Below are positions 36,903 through 47,180 of a stretch of DNA of 64,000 nucleotides, one piece after another. This DNA comes from Alphaproteobacteria bacterium (GTDB lineage: Bacteria; Pseudomonadota; Alphaproteobacteria; UBA7887). The stretch covers positions 3,475,482 to 3,539,481 of the forward strand of contig CBDCGL010000011.1 of NCBI GenBank assembly GCA_965216755.1, in the 5' to 3' direction. Under the pieces are notes generated by a model that saw nothing but the letters and a program-made list of their open reading frames with translations, was not told the DNA's origin and searched no databases. Position numbers and translations under genes: made by a program. Numbering within the stretch: position 1 is the first letter of the stretch; the number at the start of each line of letters is the position of its first letter.

Positions 36903-37471
36903 TCAAAGAGCCTCCCAATACTGAAGCTATTGTTCTTGCGCTTACCGAGCGGAACTTTATTAGAAGACGTTACGCGCCCAAGACGAATCGACGGAACCAC
37001 CGCCGCGTCTCAGCCACATTGTTTGTATCACGCGATCCTCAACGCCACTCTCAGTTTGCCACAAGTTGCCCCACCATTTTAGTCGACTTTGCAACGCAGG
37101 TACAATTGACTTTTCTGCGACTGTCCGATTCGTTGCACGGAGCGTTGGGCGGCCTTTTGTCGGATCTGTGGGGTCGGTCGTGCAACTGGCTGTAACTACT
37201 GGCGGCTCAAGGCGTTATCCGGTGCGCCATGGGGCCTCGCAGCGGCGACGGGAATGGCAGCGAATTGGCCATGTGACGCGTTCCGTGGTGCCGCACAAAT
37301 GGTTGTGAATCCGCGCCCAAAGTGAAAAGTTGCTTGAACGCCCGGAGCTGGCATGGGCGCAACCCGACTGACTCCTCTCAACGGCTTGCTCCGAGTTAAA
37401 GCAATGGCTAAGAGAACAGCACGGCAAACGGAAGCTTTTGAAACACGGCGAGCACACGGGGAGCCGCGGGG

Positions 37472-38479
37472 ATGAGGGTTTTGGTCACCGGTGGCGCCGG
37501 TTTTTTGGCGCGCGCCTTAGCGCAAGCCATCTTGGATCGGGAGACTTTGGTCGGCCCCAGCGGTGGGCACGAGACGATCGACGAGTTGGTGCTGCTGGAT
37601 GTCGACTGCCGTCGCGGTTTGCCTGACGACATCGACGCACGGGTGCGCGTCGTCGACGGTGCGGTTTCGGATCGCGATCTGGTCTATGGGCTTGTCGATC
37701 GCGACGACATTGCGGTTTTTCATCTGGCCGACCTGACCGGTGGCGCCGACGACCAAGAATTTGATACCGCGATCCGGGTCAATTTGTATGGCAGTCTGAA
37801 TATCTTGGAGGCGTGTCGAAGCCGCGAGTTGGCGCCGCGTTTGGTTGCCACCAGCTCATTGGCTGTGTTTGGCGGCGCCGCGATGCCGCACACGGTCAGC
37901 GACGGCACCAAGCTCTTGCCCCAATCAACCCTTGGCGCCACCAAGGCAATTTTGGAATTGCTGATCAACGAATATGCGCGCAAGGAATTCGTCGATGGAC
38001 GTGTGGCCCGCCTGCCGCTGGTGATTGTCCGGCCGGATCGCCAGCCCGAGCCTTATTTCGAATTCGCCAGTGCGCTGTTGCGCGAACCTTTATTGGGTCG
38101 TGACTATGTCTGCCCGGTCGCGGCTGGAACCACCGTGGCGGTGATTGGCGCACGCACCGCGGTGGATGCGTTGATCACCCTGCACGACGTTGCCGGTGAT
38201 CGGTTGGGTGATGACCGCGCGGTCACTCTGCCGAGCGTTCGCGCCAAGGTGGCCGATATACTGGGCTGTCTCAAACGGGTCGGCGACGGCCGCGCCCTTG
38301 GTGCCGTCGATATTCGCCCGGACCAATTCGTCGAGGCCATGTGCGCGGCGTGGCCGGAATCGACCGACGCCCATCGGGCGGCCTATTTGGGTGTTGAACG
38401 GGATGACGGTCTTGACTCGATCGCGCGCGCCTTCATCGACGACCACCTATCGGACGAGCTGATCGCGGATCCGGTTTAA
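37472..38479 (+). CDS. NAD-dependent epimerase/dehydratase family protein
   Basis: N-terminal VLVTGGAGFLARAL Rossmann motif. Confidence 0.75.
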   Translation: MRVLVTGGAGFLARALAQAILDRETLVGPSGGHETIDELVLLDVDCRRGLPDDIDARVRVVDGAVSDRDLVYGLVDRDDIAVFHLADLTGGADDQEFDTAIRVNLYGSLNILEACRSRELAPRLVATSSLAVFGGAAMPHTVSDGTKLLPQSTLGATKAILELLINEYARKEFVDGRVARLPLVIVRPDRQPEPYFEFASALLREPLLGRDYVCPVAAGTTVAVIGARTAVDALITLHDVAGDRLGDDRAVTLPSVRAKVADILGCLKRVGDGRALGAVDIRPDQFVEAMCAAWPESTDAHRAAYLGVERDDGLDSIARAFIDDHLSDELIADPV

Positions 38480-38497
38480 GATGATCGCCGCCGCCGA

Positions 38498-39409
38498 TCA
38501 ATCGTCGGGCAGGATATCGGCGCCGGTGCCCAGACGCGCCGGGGCGTTGCGTCGTTCTTCTTCCAACAGCACGCCGGCATGATCGACCCCGGCGTGGCCA
38601 TGTTCGACCAAGCTGGCATAGAGCGCACGGACCTGCTCCATCACCGGCAGGGCTAGCCCCAGTGCCGCGGCCGTGTCGTGGACCGTGTTGAGATCCTTGA
38701 GTTGCACTTGCGCGCGGGCGCCGGGAACAAAGCGCCTTTCGATCATCTTGGTGCCGTGGCTCTGGAGAATGATGCTGTCGGCAAAGCCGCCGCTGATCGC
38801 CTGTTGCACGGCTTTCGGGTCGGCCCCGCCGGCCGCCGCCAACAACAGCCCTTCTGCGACCGCGCTGATGGTGATCCCGACGATGGTCTGATTGGTCAAT
38901 TTGGCCAGTTGGCCGGTGCCGGCGGGGCCGACATGGGTCGCGCGACCCATCGATTGCAGCACGGGCAAAGCGTCGTCAAATACGCTCTTTTCGCCGCCCA
39001 CCATGATCGCCAACGTCGCGTTCTCAGCGCCTGGCACGCCGCCAGAGACAGGCGCATCCAAGTGTTGCGCGCCGCGTTCAGCTAGGCGCGCGCTGTGGTC
39101 GCGGGCCAGCGCCGGCGCGATCGAGCTCATATCGATCACGGTTGCCGCTGGTTGCAGTGCGGCAGCGGCGGCGTGTTCGAACAGGACCGCCTCGACGATC
39201 GGACCACTCTCAAGCATGGTGATTACGACCGCGGCGTCGGCCACCGCCGCGGCCGGCGTATCGGCGACGCGCGCGCCGTCGGCCTGTAACGGCTCGGCCT
39301 CGGCACGGGTGCGATTCCACACCGTCAGCGGAAATCCGGCGCGCAGGATGTTGCGGCTCATCGGCAAACCCATCAATCCGGTGCCGAGCAATGCGACATG
39401 CGGTGCCAT
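38498..39409 (-). CDS. NAD(P)-dependent oxidoreductase, 3-hydroxyisobutyrate dehydrogenase family
   Basis: VALLGTGLMGLPMSRNIL Rossmann motif; start at MAPHVALL. Confidence 0.75.
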   Translation of the reverse strand: MAPHVALLGTGLMGLPMSRNILRAGFPLTVWNRTRAEAEPLQADGARVADTPAAAVADAAVVITMLESGPIVEAVLFEHAAAAALQPAATVIDMSSIAPALARDHSARLAERGAQHLDAPVSGGVPGAENATLAIMVGGEKSVFDDALPVLQSMGRATHVGPAGTGQLAKLTNQTIVGITISAVAEGLLLAAAGGADPKAVQQAISGGFADSIILQSHGTKMIERRFVPGARAQVQLKDLNTVHDTAAALGLALPVMEQVRALYASLVEHGHAGVDHAGVLLEEERRNAPARLGTGADILPDD

Positions 39410-39508
39410 AGGTGTGTCTCCAAACGGTGCGGTGGTGTTGGATCGGTGTGCACTATAATCTGTCGCCCGCTTGTGCGTCAGCGCCAATGACAGTCCAAGG
39501 AGTCGGCC

Positions 39509-41098
39509 ATGCGCGATTATCAATTGCCAGGGCGGTCCCCGGTTCATGCCATGTCGGCCATGGCCGCGACCTCGCATCCGGCGGCAACGTTGGCCGCGCT
39601 CGACATGCTACGCGCGGGCGGCAATGCCGTTGACGCCGCGATCACCGCCGCCGCCTTGTTGGGCGTGGTCGAACCGCAGTCAACCGGTATCGGTGGTGAT
39701 TGTTTTTGTCTCTATATGCCGGGCGGCCGTGGTCCGGTGATCGCCATGAATGGCTCAGGACGGGCGCCGGCGGCTGCGACGACCGATTGGTTTGCCGCCA
39801 ATGGCATTGGTGAAATCGGCTTTCAAAGCCCCCATGCGGTGACCGTGCCGGGCGCGGTCGCGGCGTGGCAGACCCTGAGCGATGATTATGGCCGCAAGGG
39901 CCTGGCGGCCGCCTTGCAGCCCGCCATCGACGCAGCGGAGAACGGCTATCCGGTCCATGAAGTGATCGCGCATGTCTGGGGCCAGCAAGTCGACAAGCTC
40001 TATGGCTGTGACAATGCGCGGCGGATCCTGCTGCCCGGCGGTCGCCCGCCGCGCACCGGCGAGGTTCATCGCCAGCCTGAACTCGCGCGCACATTGCGGA
40101 GCATCGCCAAGGACGGCCGCGATGGATTTTACACGGGTTGGGTTGCCGACGATATCGTTAGCTACCTCAATAGTCGCGGCGGCGTCCACACGGAAGACGA
40201 CTTCGCCCAGGCGGCGGTCGACTATGTCGACCCCATCCACACCGACTATCGCGGCTATCGGATTTGGGAATGTCCACCCAATGGCCAGGGCATTTTGGTC
40301 TTGATGATGCTCAACATTCTGTCCGGATTTGATCTCGCGAGCTTGGATCCGATGGGCCCGGAACGGTTTCATTTGGAGGCCGAGGTCAGCCGTCTTGTAT
40401 ACCGTGATCGCGACGCGCTACTTGCCGACCCCGCGCAAGCCGACGTCCCCGTGGCGCACTTGTTGTCGGCTGAGTATGCGGCCGGATTGCGGGGGTTGAT
40501 CAGCACCGACAAAGCGATGGCGCCGCTGCCACCGCCGGGCGGCGTGGCTCACAGCGATACGGTTTACCTGACCGTGGTCGACAAGGACCGCAATGTGGTG
40601 TCGTTCATCAATTCCCTGTTCCAGTCTTTCGGCTGCGGGTTGGTCGCGCCGCAAAGCGGCGTCACGTTGCATAATCGGGGTGCGAGTTTTCGATTGGATT
40701 CGGCGCATCCAAACTGCATCGCGCCGGGCAAACGACCGATGCATACGATCATTCCAGGCATGGTCACGCGCGATGGCTATGCTGTGATGCCTTTCGGGGT
40801 GATGGGTGGTCACTACCAGCCGGTCGGCCAAACCCACCTGTTGACCAACATTTTCGACTATGGCCTGCATGTGCAAGAGGCTTTGGACATGCCGCGGGCC
40901 TTCGCGTTCGGCGGCATGATGCAGGTGGAACGGGGCGTTCCCGCCGCGACAGTCGGCGGCTTGGCGGCGCGCGGCCACCAAATCGTGCCGGCCGACGCCG
41001 CGCTCGGTGGCGGCCAAGCGATCGCCATCGATTGGGACACGGGCGTGCTCACCGGCGGGTCGGAACCGCGCAAAGATGGTTGCGCGCTAGGGTATTAG
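39509..41098 (+). CDS. ggt: Gamma-glutamyltransferase
   Basis: 529 aa; autoprocessing/nucleophile region DTVYLTVVDKDRNVVSF; GGDCFCLY. Confidence 0.85.
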   Translation: MRDYQLPGRSPVHAMSAMAATSHPAATLAALDMLRAGGNAVDAAITAAALLGVVEPQSTGIGGDCFCLYMPGGRGPVIAMNGSGRAPAAATTDWFAANGIGEIGFQSPHAVTVPGAVAAWQTLSDDYGRKGLAAALQPAIDAAENGYPVHEVIAHVWGQQVDKLYGCDNARRILLPGGRPPRTGEVHRQPELARTLRSIAKDGRDGFYTGWVADDIVSYLNSRGGVHTEDDFAQAAVDYVDPIHTDYRGYRIWECPPNGQGILVLMMLNILSGFDLASLDPMGPERFHLEAEVSRLVYRDRDALLADPAQADVPVAHLLSAEYAAGLRGLISTDKAMAPLPPPGGVAHSDTVYLTVVDKDRNVVSFINSLFQSFGCGLVAPQSGVTLHNRGASFRLDSAHPNCIAPGKRPMHTIIPGMVTRDGYAVMPFGVMGGHYQPVGQTHLLTNIFDYGLHVQEALDMPRAFAFGGMMQVERGVPAATVGGLAARGHQIVPADAALGGGQAIAIDWDTGVLTGGSEPRKDGCALGY

Positions 41099-41104
41099 CC
41101 GCAC

Positions 41105-41195
41105 TTTTCGGTGACAGTTTACTAAATACACCACATTTTGTATTTCGTATGTTAGATGAGCTATATATGGTGTATTTAGTAAACTGTCACCGAAA
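41105..41195. repeat. AT-rich palindromic (MITE-like) element, copy 1: 29-bp perfect terminal inverted repeat flanking a 34-bp core
   Basis: TTTTCGGTGACAGTTTACTAAATACACCA ... TGGTGTATTTAGTAAACTGTCACCGAAA; same 24-bp IR core as the element at 53530-53648. Confidence 0.7.
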
Positions 41196-41292
41196 CACCG
41201 AAAGACCACGCGATTTCAACCAGCCCGGGCTTGCCGCGTCGCGTGTTTGCCCTGATGATCTTGGATCCGCGCGAACGCACCGAGAGACCGGC

Positions 41293-42126
41293 ATGTCCAG
41301 TAATCGAGCAGCACTACTCCAAGATTTGCGCGATCAGGCGCGACGCATCCGGCGCAACAGTTGGCGGGCGCTGCACGCAGCTGGCGCCGGTCATATGGGC
41401 GGCGCCTTGTCGGCGGCGGAGCTGTTGGCCGCACTCTATTTTCACTATCTCCAGCTGCGGCCGGCGCAACCTGATTGGCCCGACCGTGATCGCTTCGTGC
41501 TGTCAAAGGGCCATGGCAACGCGGCGCTGGCGGCGGTGTTGGCCCAAGCCGGTTTTTTCGAAGAAGGCCAACTCGACACGTTTTACGGCTACGAATCGAA
41601 GATTGGCATGCATCCCGATATCAAACTCCCTGGCGTCGAGATGAGCACCGGCGGCCTCGGTCATGGTTTGTCGATCGGCCTCGGCATGGCGCTTGGCGCG
41701 CGCTTGCAAGGCAAGGCGTTTCGCACCGTGGTGATGCTCGGTGATGGCGAGTTGCAAGAAGGGTCGAGCTGGGAAGCCGCCATGGCCGCCGCCCATCACC
41801 GGGTCGCCAACCTGACCGCAATGGTCGATTACAACAAAGTGCAACAAAGTGGCGCGGTGGGCGACATGGTCAGTGTGGAGCCGCTCGCCGACAAATGGCG
41901 TGCATTTGGCTGGACCGTGCGCGAATGCGATGGCCATGACATGGCGGCCGTGGTCGATGCCCTGGATGGCCTGCCTTATGCGCCAGACGCGCCGTCGATG
42001 CTGATCGCCCATACCATCAAGGGCAAAGGTGCCAGCTTCGCCGAGAACTCTTATCTGTGGCACAACAACGCGGTCAACGACGAGACCTACGCGAAGGCTT
42101 TGGCCGAGCTCGGAGAACCGAAATGA
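41293..42126 (+). CDS. Transketolase, N-terminal subunit (split transketolase)
   Basis: ThDP-binding region GHMGGALSAAELL...GHG...GDGELQEG; 277 aa. Confidence 0.85.
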   Translation: MSSNRAALLQDLRDQARRIRRNSWRALHAAGAGHMGGALSAAELLAALYFHYLQLRPAQPDWPDRDRFVLSKGHGNAALAAVLAQAGFFEEGQLDTFYGYESKIGMHPDIKLPGVEMSTGGLGHGLSIGLGMALGARLQGKAFRTVVMLGDGELQEGSSWEAAMAAAHHRVANLTAMVDYNKVQQSGAVGDMVSVEPLADKWRAFGWTVRECDGHDMAAVVDALDGLPYAPDAPSMLIAHTIKGKGASFAENSYLWHNNAVNDETYAKALAELGEPK

Positions 42127-43082
42127 CGGCGACGCCCGACTGGGCGGTCAAGGCCGCCAATCAATCGCGCTTGGCGTTTGGTTTGGCGGCCACCGAGATG
42201 GCCGGCCGTGATGACCGCGTTGTCACGGTCTCCGCCGATACACTCGATCTCATTGGCTTGCGGGATTTCGAAAGCCAATTTCCCGAACGGCTGATCGAGG
42301 TCGGCATCGCCGAGCAAAACGCCATGGGGGTCGCCAGCGGATTGGCGACCACGGGAATGCGACCGTTTGTTTGTGGCTATGCACCGTTTATTACCGCGCG
42401 CTCGATGGAGCAATTGCGCAACGACGTCGCCTATGCCGACCAGCGTGTGGTGATCGGCGCGGCGGCCAGCGGCATTTCGCTGGGGGTCGCGGGCGGCACG
42501 CACCACGCGGTCGAAGATTTGGCCTTGATGCGCAGCTTGCCCAACATGACGGTGCTGGTGCCGGCCGATGCCCACCAGGCATGGCATGCAACACAGGCGA
42601 CCGATTATATCGACGGGCCGGTCTATGTCCGCCTTGGCGGACGGGTCGAAGAACCGGCCGTGACAGCTGTCGACGCCATTTTTCGGGTCGGCAAGACCGA
42701 CTGCTTGCGAGAAGGTGATGACGTGACCGTGGTCGCGTGTGGTTGCATGGTTGCCGCGGCGCTTGCGGCCGCCGACGATCTAACGGGTCAGGGCATCGGC
42801 GCGCGGGTCTTGAACATGCATACCATCAAACCGCTCGACGAAGACGCGATTTTAACCGCGGCAGCCGAGACGCGCGGCATCGTGAGCGCGGAGGAACATC
42901 ATCTGACCGGCGGTCTAGGCGGTGCGATCGCCGAATTGCTGGCGCGCGAACGGCCGACCCGCATGCGCATGATCGGCATGCCTGACGAGTTCGCCATTGT
43001 CGGGCCGACCGACCAAGTCCGCGCGCGTTACGGCATGAGCGCCGCCGCGATCGCCGCGGCGTGCCGCGAGCTTCTCGATTGA
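42123..43082 (+). CDS. Transketolase, C-terminal subunit (split transketolase)
   Basis: Pyrimidine-binding/C-terminal domain features; ATGA overlap with the N-subunit gene. Confidence 0.85.
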   Translation: MTATPDWAVKAANQSRLAFGLAATEMAGRDDRVVTVSADTLDLIGLRDFESQFPERLIEVGIAEQNAMGVASGLATTGMRPFVCGYAPFITARSMEQLRNDVAYADQRVVIGAAASGISLGVAGGTHHAVEDLALMRSLPNMTVLVPADAHQAWHATQATDYIDGPVYVRLGGRVEEPAVTAVDAIFRVGKTDCLREGDDVTVVACGCMVAAALAAADDLTGQGIGARVLNMHTIKPLDEDAILTAAAETRGIVSAEEHHLTGGLGGAIAELLARERPTRMRMIGMPDEFAIVGPTDQVRARYGMSAAAIAAACRELLD

Positions 43083-43192
43083 CCTCGGCCTTGCCGCAAA
43101 TACGAACGGCAATGCGTCACTCCGCCGGCGCGATCTTGTGCTGATATAAACGCGTGTCGGCGTAGAATGGCTCGACAAGGTCAGACAGTGGG

Positions 43193-44176
43193 TTAACCGT
43201 CGTGCCAGCAGCCCGCCGTCTGGGCCCGCTGGCGTACCAGAGCGTAGACCATGTCCAGCGTCGGCGTCGGCACTCCGACCAAGCGGCCGAGTTCCGATAC
43301 CGCACCTAGCAGTGGATCAAGTTCCATCGGACGGCCGCGCTCAAAATCCTGCAAGGTCGAGGTCTTGTGTTCGCCGACGTCGCCGCCGCCGTCGATGCGG
43401 CGTTCGACATCGATCGGAAAGTGGGTACCGAGTTTCTCGCCGACTGCTTGCGCCTCAACCATCATCGCGCGGACGACGGCGCGCGTGCCCGGGTCGTTGG
43501 CGATGGCCGCCAACGTGCCGCCGGTCAAAACGCTGACCGGGTTAAACGACAAATTCCCCCACAGTTTGACCCACACATCATCGCGGATTTTGGGCCGCAC
43601 CGGGGCTTTTATGCCGGCTTTGACCATGGTCTTGCTCAGGGCGCTGACCCGGTCCGAGCGGCTGCCATCGGGCTCGCCGATTGGCACCCGGTCCAGCGCG
43701 ATATGTTCCACGACGCCCGGTTCACGCACCGTTGCGGCGGGATAGACGACGCAGCCGATCACGCGTTCGGGACCGATATGATTCCATTGTAGGCCGCCGG
43801 GATCGACCGAATCGATGCGCTGGTTTTCCCACGGTCCCGGCAACTTGTAAAAATACCACCAGGGCACGCCATTGAGTGCAGGCACGACCGCGGTTGCGGG
43901 GCTGAACAAGGGTGGCAGGCGCGGTGCCACGGCCGCGACCTGATGGGACTTCACTGTGATAAACACATAGTCTTGCGGTCCGGCCGCCACGGGGTCGTCG
44001 GTGCACGCCGGATGGACGACAAAATCGTCATCGCCACTGATCAAGCGCAAGCCATGTGTTTGCAAGGCATCTAAGGTCTTGCCGCGGGCGATCATGGTGA
44101 CATCGGCGCCGACCTTGGCGAGACGGGCACCAAGATACCCGCCGATCGCCCCGGCTCCGAATATGGCGATTTTCAC
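43193..44176 (-). CDS. panE: 2-dehydropantoate 2-reductase (ketopantoate reductase family)
   Basis: MKIAIFGAGAIGGYLGARL Rossmann; ApbA/PanE family length and C-terminal domain. Confidence 0.7.
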   Translation of the reverse strand: MKIAIFGAGAIGGYLGARLAKVGADVTMIARGKTLDALQTHGLRLISGDDDFVVHPACTDDPVAAGPQDYVFITVKSHQVAAVAPRLPPLFSPATAVVPALNGVPWWYFYKLPGPWENQRIDSVDPGGLQWNHIGPERVIGCVVYPAATVREPGVVEHIALDRVPIGEPDGSRSDRVSALSKTMVKAGIKAPVRPKIRDDVWVKLWGNLSFNPVSVLTGGTLAAIANDPGTRAVVRAMMVEAQAVGEKLGTHFPIDVERRIDGGGDVGEHKTSTLQDFERGRPMELDPLLGAVSELGRLVGVPTPTLDMVYALVRQRAQTAGCWHDG

Positions 44177-45693
44177 GGTGCCAACCCCAGTTTTTCGGCC
44201 AGGCCAATGCGTTGCAGCTTGCCCGTCGCGCCTTTCGGAATCTCGTCCAAGAACAGGATTTTGCGGGGTACCTTGAAGTCGGCGAGCCGCGCCCTGGCGA
44301 AATCACGCAACGCGACCTCGTCGATATCGGCGCCTTCGCGCAATACAACCGCCGCGGCGACCTCTTCGCCCAACTTGTCGTGGGGCATGGCGAAGGTCAC
44401 GACTTGGGCAACAGCGGCATGGTTCATCAAGACATCATCGACTTCGCGCGGACTGACCTTTTCGCCGCCGCGATTGATGATTTCTTTCAGCCGGCCGGTG
44501 ATGGTCAAATAGCCGTCGTCGTCGATCACGCCTTGATCGCCGGTGCGAAACCAACCGTCGGTAAAAGCGGTTGCGTTGGCGTCCGAATTGTTCTCGTAGC
44601 CGGCGGTGACATTGGCGCCCCGGATCACGATTTCGCCAGTCGTACCGGCGGCCAACAATGCGCCTTTTGCGTCCATGACCGCCACATCGGGACCGGCGGC
44701 CAAGCCCACCGTGCCCGGCTTGCGCGCCGCTGGCGGGAGCGGATTGCTGGCCATCTGATGCGCTGCCTCGGTCATGCCATAGGCTTCGATCACCGGTGCG
44801 CGGAACACGGCCTCCAGCTCGGCCATGACCGGCGGCGGCAAGGATGCCGACGATGACCGAATCAAGCGCAAACCGGCGCCGGCGATGATTTCGCGGTTGC
44901 GCGCGGCGCGCGCCAGAATCGCCTGATGCATGGTTGGCACGGCCGTGTACCAAGTCGGCTTGACCTCCGCGAGCCAAGCGAAAAACTTGAGCGCGTTGAA
45001 GCCCGGCGTGCAGGCGACCGCGCCGCCCGCCGCCACCGCCGCCAGCACTGCAGCGATCAACCCGTGGATGTGAAACAGCGGCATGATGTTGAGACAACAG
45101 TCGCCCGGCGACAGGGCGAGGGCGGCGGCGATATGGCGCGCGGAGGCGCAGACATTGCGCTGGCTCAGGGGCACGATTTTGGGTCGCGATGTGGTGCCCG
45201 AGGTATGCAGAATAAGGGCAATATCATCGGCGCCGGTCAGGCCGGAGTCGGTCGGCGCTGCGACGGGCGCGCCGGTTAACGTGAACAAACCAGCGACCGT
45301 GTCATCGGGTGTCAGTTCGATGACGGCCATATCAAGCTGTTCGGCGGCGGCACGCGCCGGCGTTTGATCTCCGGCCTGGACCACCAACGCCTTGGCGCCC
45401 AGGTCGGACACATAGAACGCGAACTCCTCGGTGCGATACGCTGGGTTCAACGGCGCCGTGGTGGCCGCGCAGGCAATCGACAGGAACGCCGTCGCCATCT
45501 CGGCGCCGTTGGGCAGCACAATGGCGACTCGATCGTCGCGGCCGACGCCCATATGGTTCAAGGTCTCGACCGTCTTGCCCAGGTGACGTCTCAACCCCAA
45601 AAACGTCAGGCCGTCCCGGTTCGGGGCGCGTATCGCCATGTCTTGGTCGCGTCCGGCGCCGAGCGCCGCGGCAATGGTCTCTGATTTGCTCAT
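44173..45693 (-). CDS. AMP-dependent acyl-CoA synthetase/ligase
   Basis: AMP-binding motif LHTSGTTSRPK; start uncertain (MSKSET at 45693 or MPKIVY at 45720); stop overlaps panE start. Confidence 0.8.
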   Translation of the reverse strand: MSKSETIAAALGAGRDQDMAIRAPNRDGLTFLGLRRHLGKTVETLNHMGVGRDDRVAIVLPNGAEMATAFLSIACAATTAPLNPAYRTEEFAFYVSDLGAKALVVQAGDQTPARAAAEQLDMAVIELTPDDTVAGLFTLTGAPVAAPTDSGLTGADDIALILHTSGTTSRPKIVPLSQRNVCASARHIAAALALSPGDCCLNIMPLFHIHGLIAAVLAAVAAGGAVACTPGFNALKFFAWLAEVKPTWYTAVPTMHQAILARAARNREIIAGAGLRLIRSSSASLPPPVMAELEAVFRAPVIEAYGMTEAAHQMASNPLPPAARKPGTVGLAAGPDVAVMDAKGALLAAGTTGEIVIRGANVTAGYENNSDANATAFTDGWFRTGDQGVIDDDGYLTITGRLKEIINRGGEKVSPREVDDVLMNHAAVAQVVTFAMPHDKLGEEVAAAVVLREGADIDEVALRDFARARLADFKVPRKILFLDEIPKGATGKLQRIGLAEKLGLAP

Positions 45694-45776
45694 GTCCCAC
45701 TCATAGACGATTTTCGGCATGAGCGGAATCGAGACCGATGATAGGGTGGTTCCCCGCACAGAGACGGAGCCACACG

Positions 45777-47126
45777 ATGTCGACCGCATTCACCACCGCC
45801 ATGATCGAAGAGCCGACCGCGCCGAACAGTCTCGATGCCTACTGGATGCCGTTTACGGCGAACCGCCAGTTCAAGGCCAAGCCGCGGCTGCTCGGCGCCG
45901 CCAAGGGCATGTACTACACCAGCGTCGACGGCCGTCAAATTCTTGATGCCGCGGCCGGCATGTGGTGCGTCAATGCGGGCCATGGCCGCGCGGAGGTCAC
46001 CGAGGCGATCCAGAAACAGGCCGCCAAGATGGACTATGCACCGCCGTTTCAAATGGGCCACCCCTTGGCGTTTGAGCTGGCGTCGCGGGTGGCGGCCATG
46101 CTGCCGGGCGATCTGGATCATGTCTTTTTCGCCAATTCCGGTTCGGAAGCGGTCGACACAGCGCTGAAGATCGCGCTGGCTTACCACAATGCACGCGGCG
46201 ATGGACGGCGATTGCGGCTGATCGGCCGTGAACGCGGCTATCACGGCGTTGGCTTTGGTGGTATTTCGGTCGGCGGCATGGTCGCCAACCGCAAGCAATT
46301 CGGCACCGTCTTGGGCACCACCGATCACTTGCCCCACACCCATCATCCGGAACATAACGCGTTCAGCCACGGACAGCCGCGATGGGGCACCCACTTGGCG
46401 GATGTGTTGGAAGATCTGGTCGCCCTTCATGGCGCCGACACGATTGCGTGCGTGATTGTTGAGCCGGTGGCGGGATCGACAGGTGTTTTGATACCGCCGG
46501 TTGGCTATCTGCGGCGCCTGCGCGAGATCTGCGATCGGCACGGCATTCTGCTGATTTTTGATGAGGTGATCACCGGTTTCGGGCGCCTTGGCGCGTCTTT
46601 CGCCGCGGAATATTTCGATATCGTTCCGGATATGGTGACCATGGCCAAGGCATTGACCAACGCCGCGGTGCCGATGTCGGCGGTTGCCGTGCGCAAGGGC
46701 ATTTACGATGCGTTCATGGACGGGCCCGACAATATGATCGAGCTTTTCCACGGCTATACCTATTCGGCGCATCCTTTAGCCTGCGCCGCTGGGTTGGCGA
46801 CAATGGAAATCTATCGAGAGGAGGAGTTGTTCGACCGTGCCGCGGAGATGGCGCCCTATTTCGAAGGCGCTATTCACGCCATGAAAGACCTGCCGAACGT
46901 CATCGATGTGCGTAATCTGGGGATGATGGGGGCGATTGAATTGGAACCTCGCCCGGGCGCGCCGACAACTCGCGCCGTTGATGCCTTTGTGCACAGTTAC
47001 GAGCATGGCGTGTTGATGCGGACCACGGGCGACATCCTAGCCTTCTCGCCGCCGTTGATCGTAGATCGCGGCCAAATCGACCAGATTTTCGACACCGTCG
47101 CCGATGCCGTGAAAGCCACCGCCTAA
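45777..47126 (+). CDS. Class III (omega) aminotransferase, beta-alanine--pyruvate transaminase-like
   Basis: PLP-lysine region FDEVITGFGRLG; 449 aa. Confidence 0.85.
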   Translation: MSTAFTTAMIEEPTAPNSLDAYWMPFTANRQFKAKPRLLGAAKGMYYTSVDGRQILDAAAGMWCVNAGHGRAEVTEAIQKQAAKMDYAPPFQMGHPLAFELASRVAAMLPGDLDHVFFANSGSEAVDTALKIALAYHNARGDGRRLRLIGRERGYHGVGFGGISVGGMVANRKQFGTVLGTTDHLPHTHHPEHNAFSHGQPRWGTHLADVLEDLVALHGADTIACVIVEPVAGSTGVLIPPVGYLRRLREICDRHGILLIFDEVITGFGRLGASFAAEYFDIVPDMVTMAKALTNAAVPMSAVAVRKGIYDAFMDGPDNMIELFHGYTYSAHPLACAAGLATMEIYREEELFDRAAEMAPYFEGAIHAMKDLPNVIDVRNLGMMGAIELEPRPGAPTTRAVDAFVHSYEHGVLMRTTGDILAFSPPLIVDRGQIDQIFDTVADAVKATA

Positions 47127-47180
47127 GCGGGGACCTTGGCCCCCGCTGCGGCTTGGACCCGTAGTGGGGATGCCGATCGG

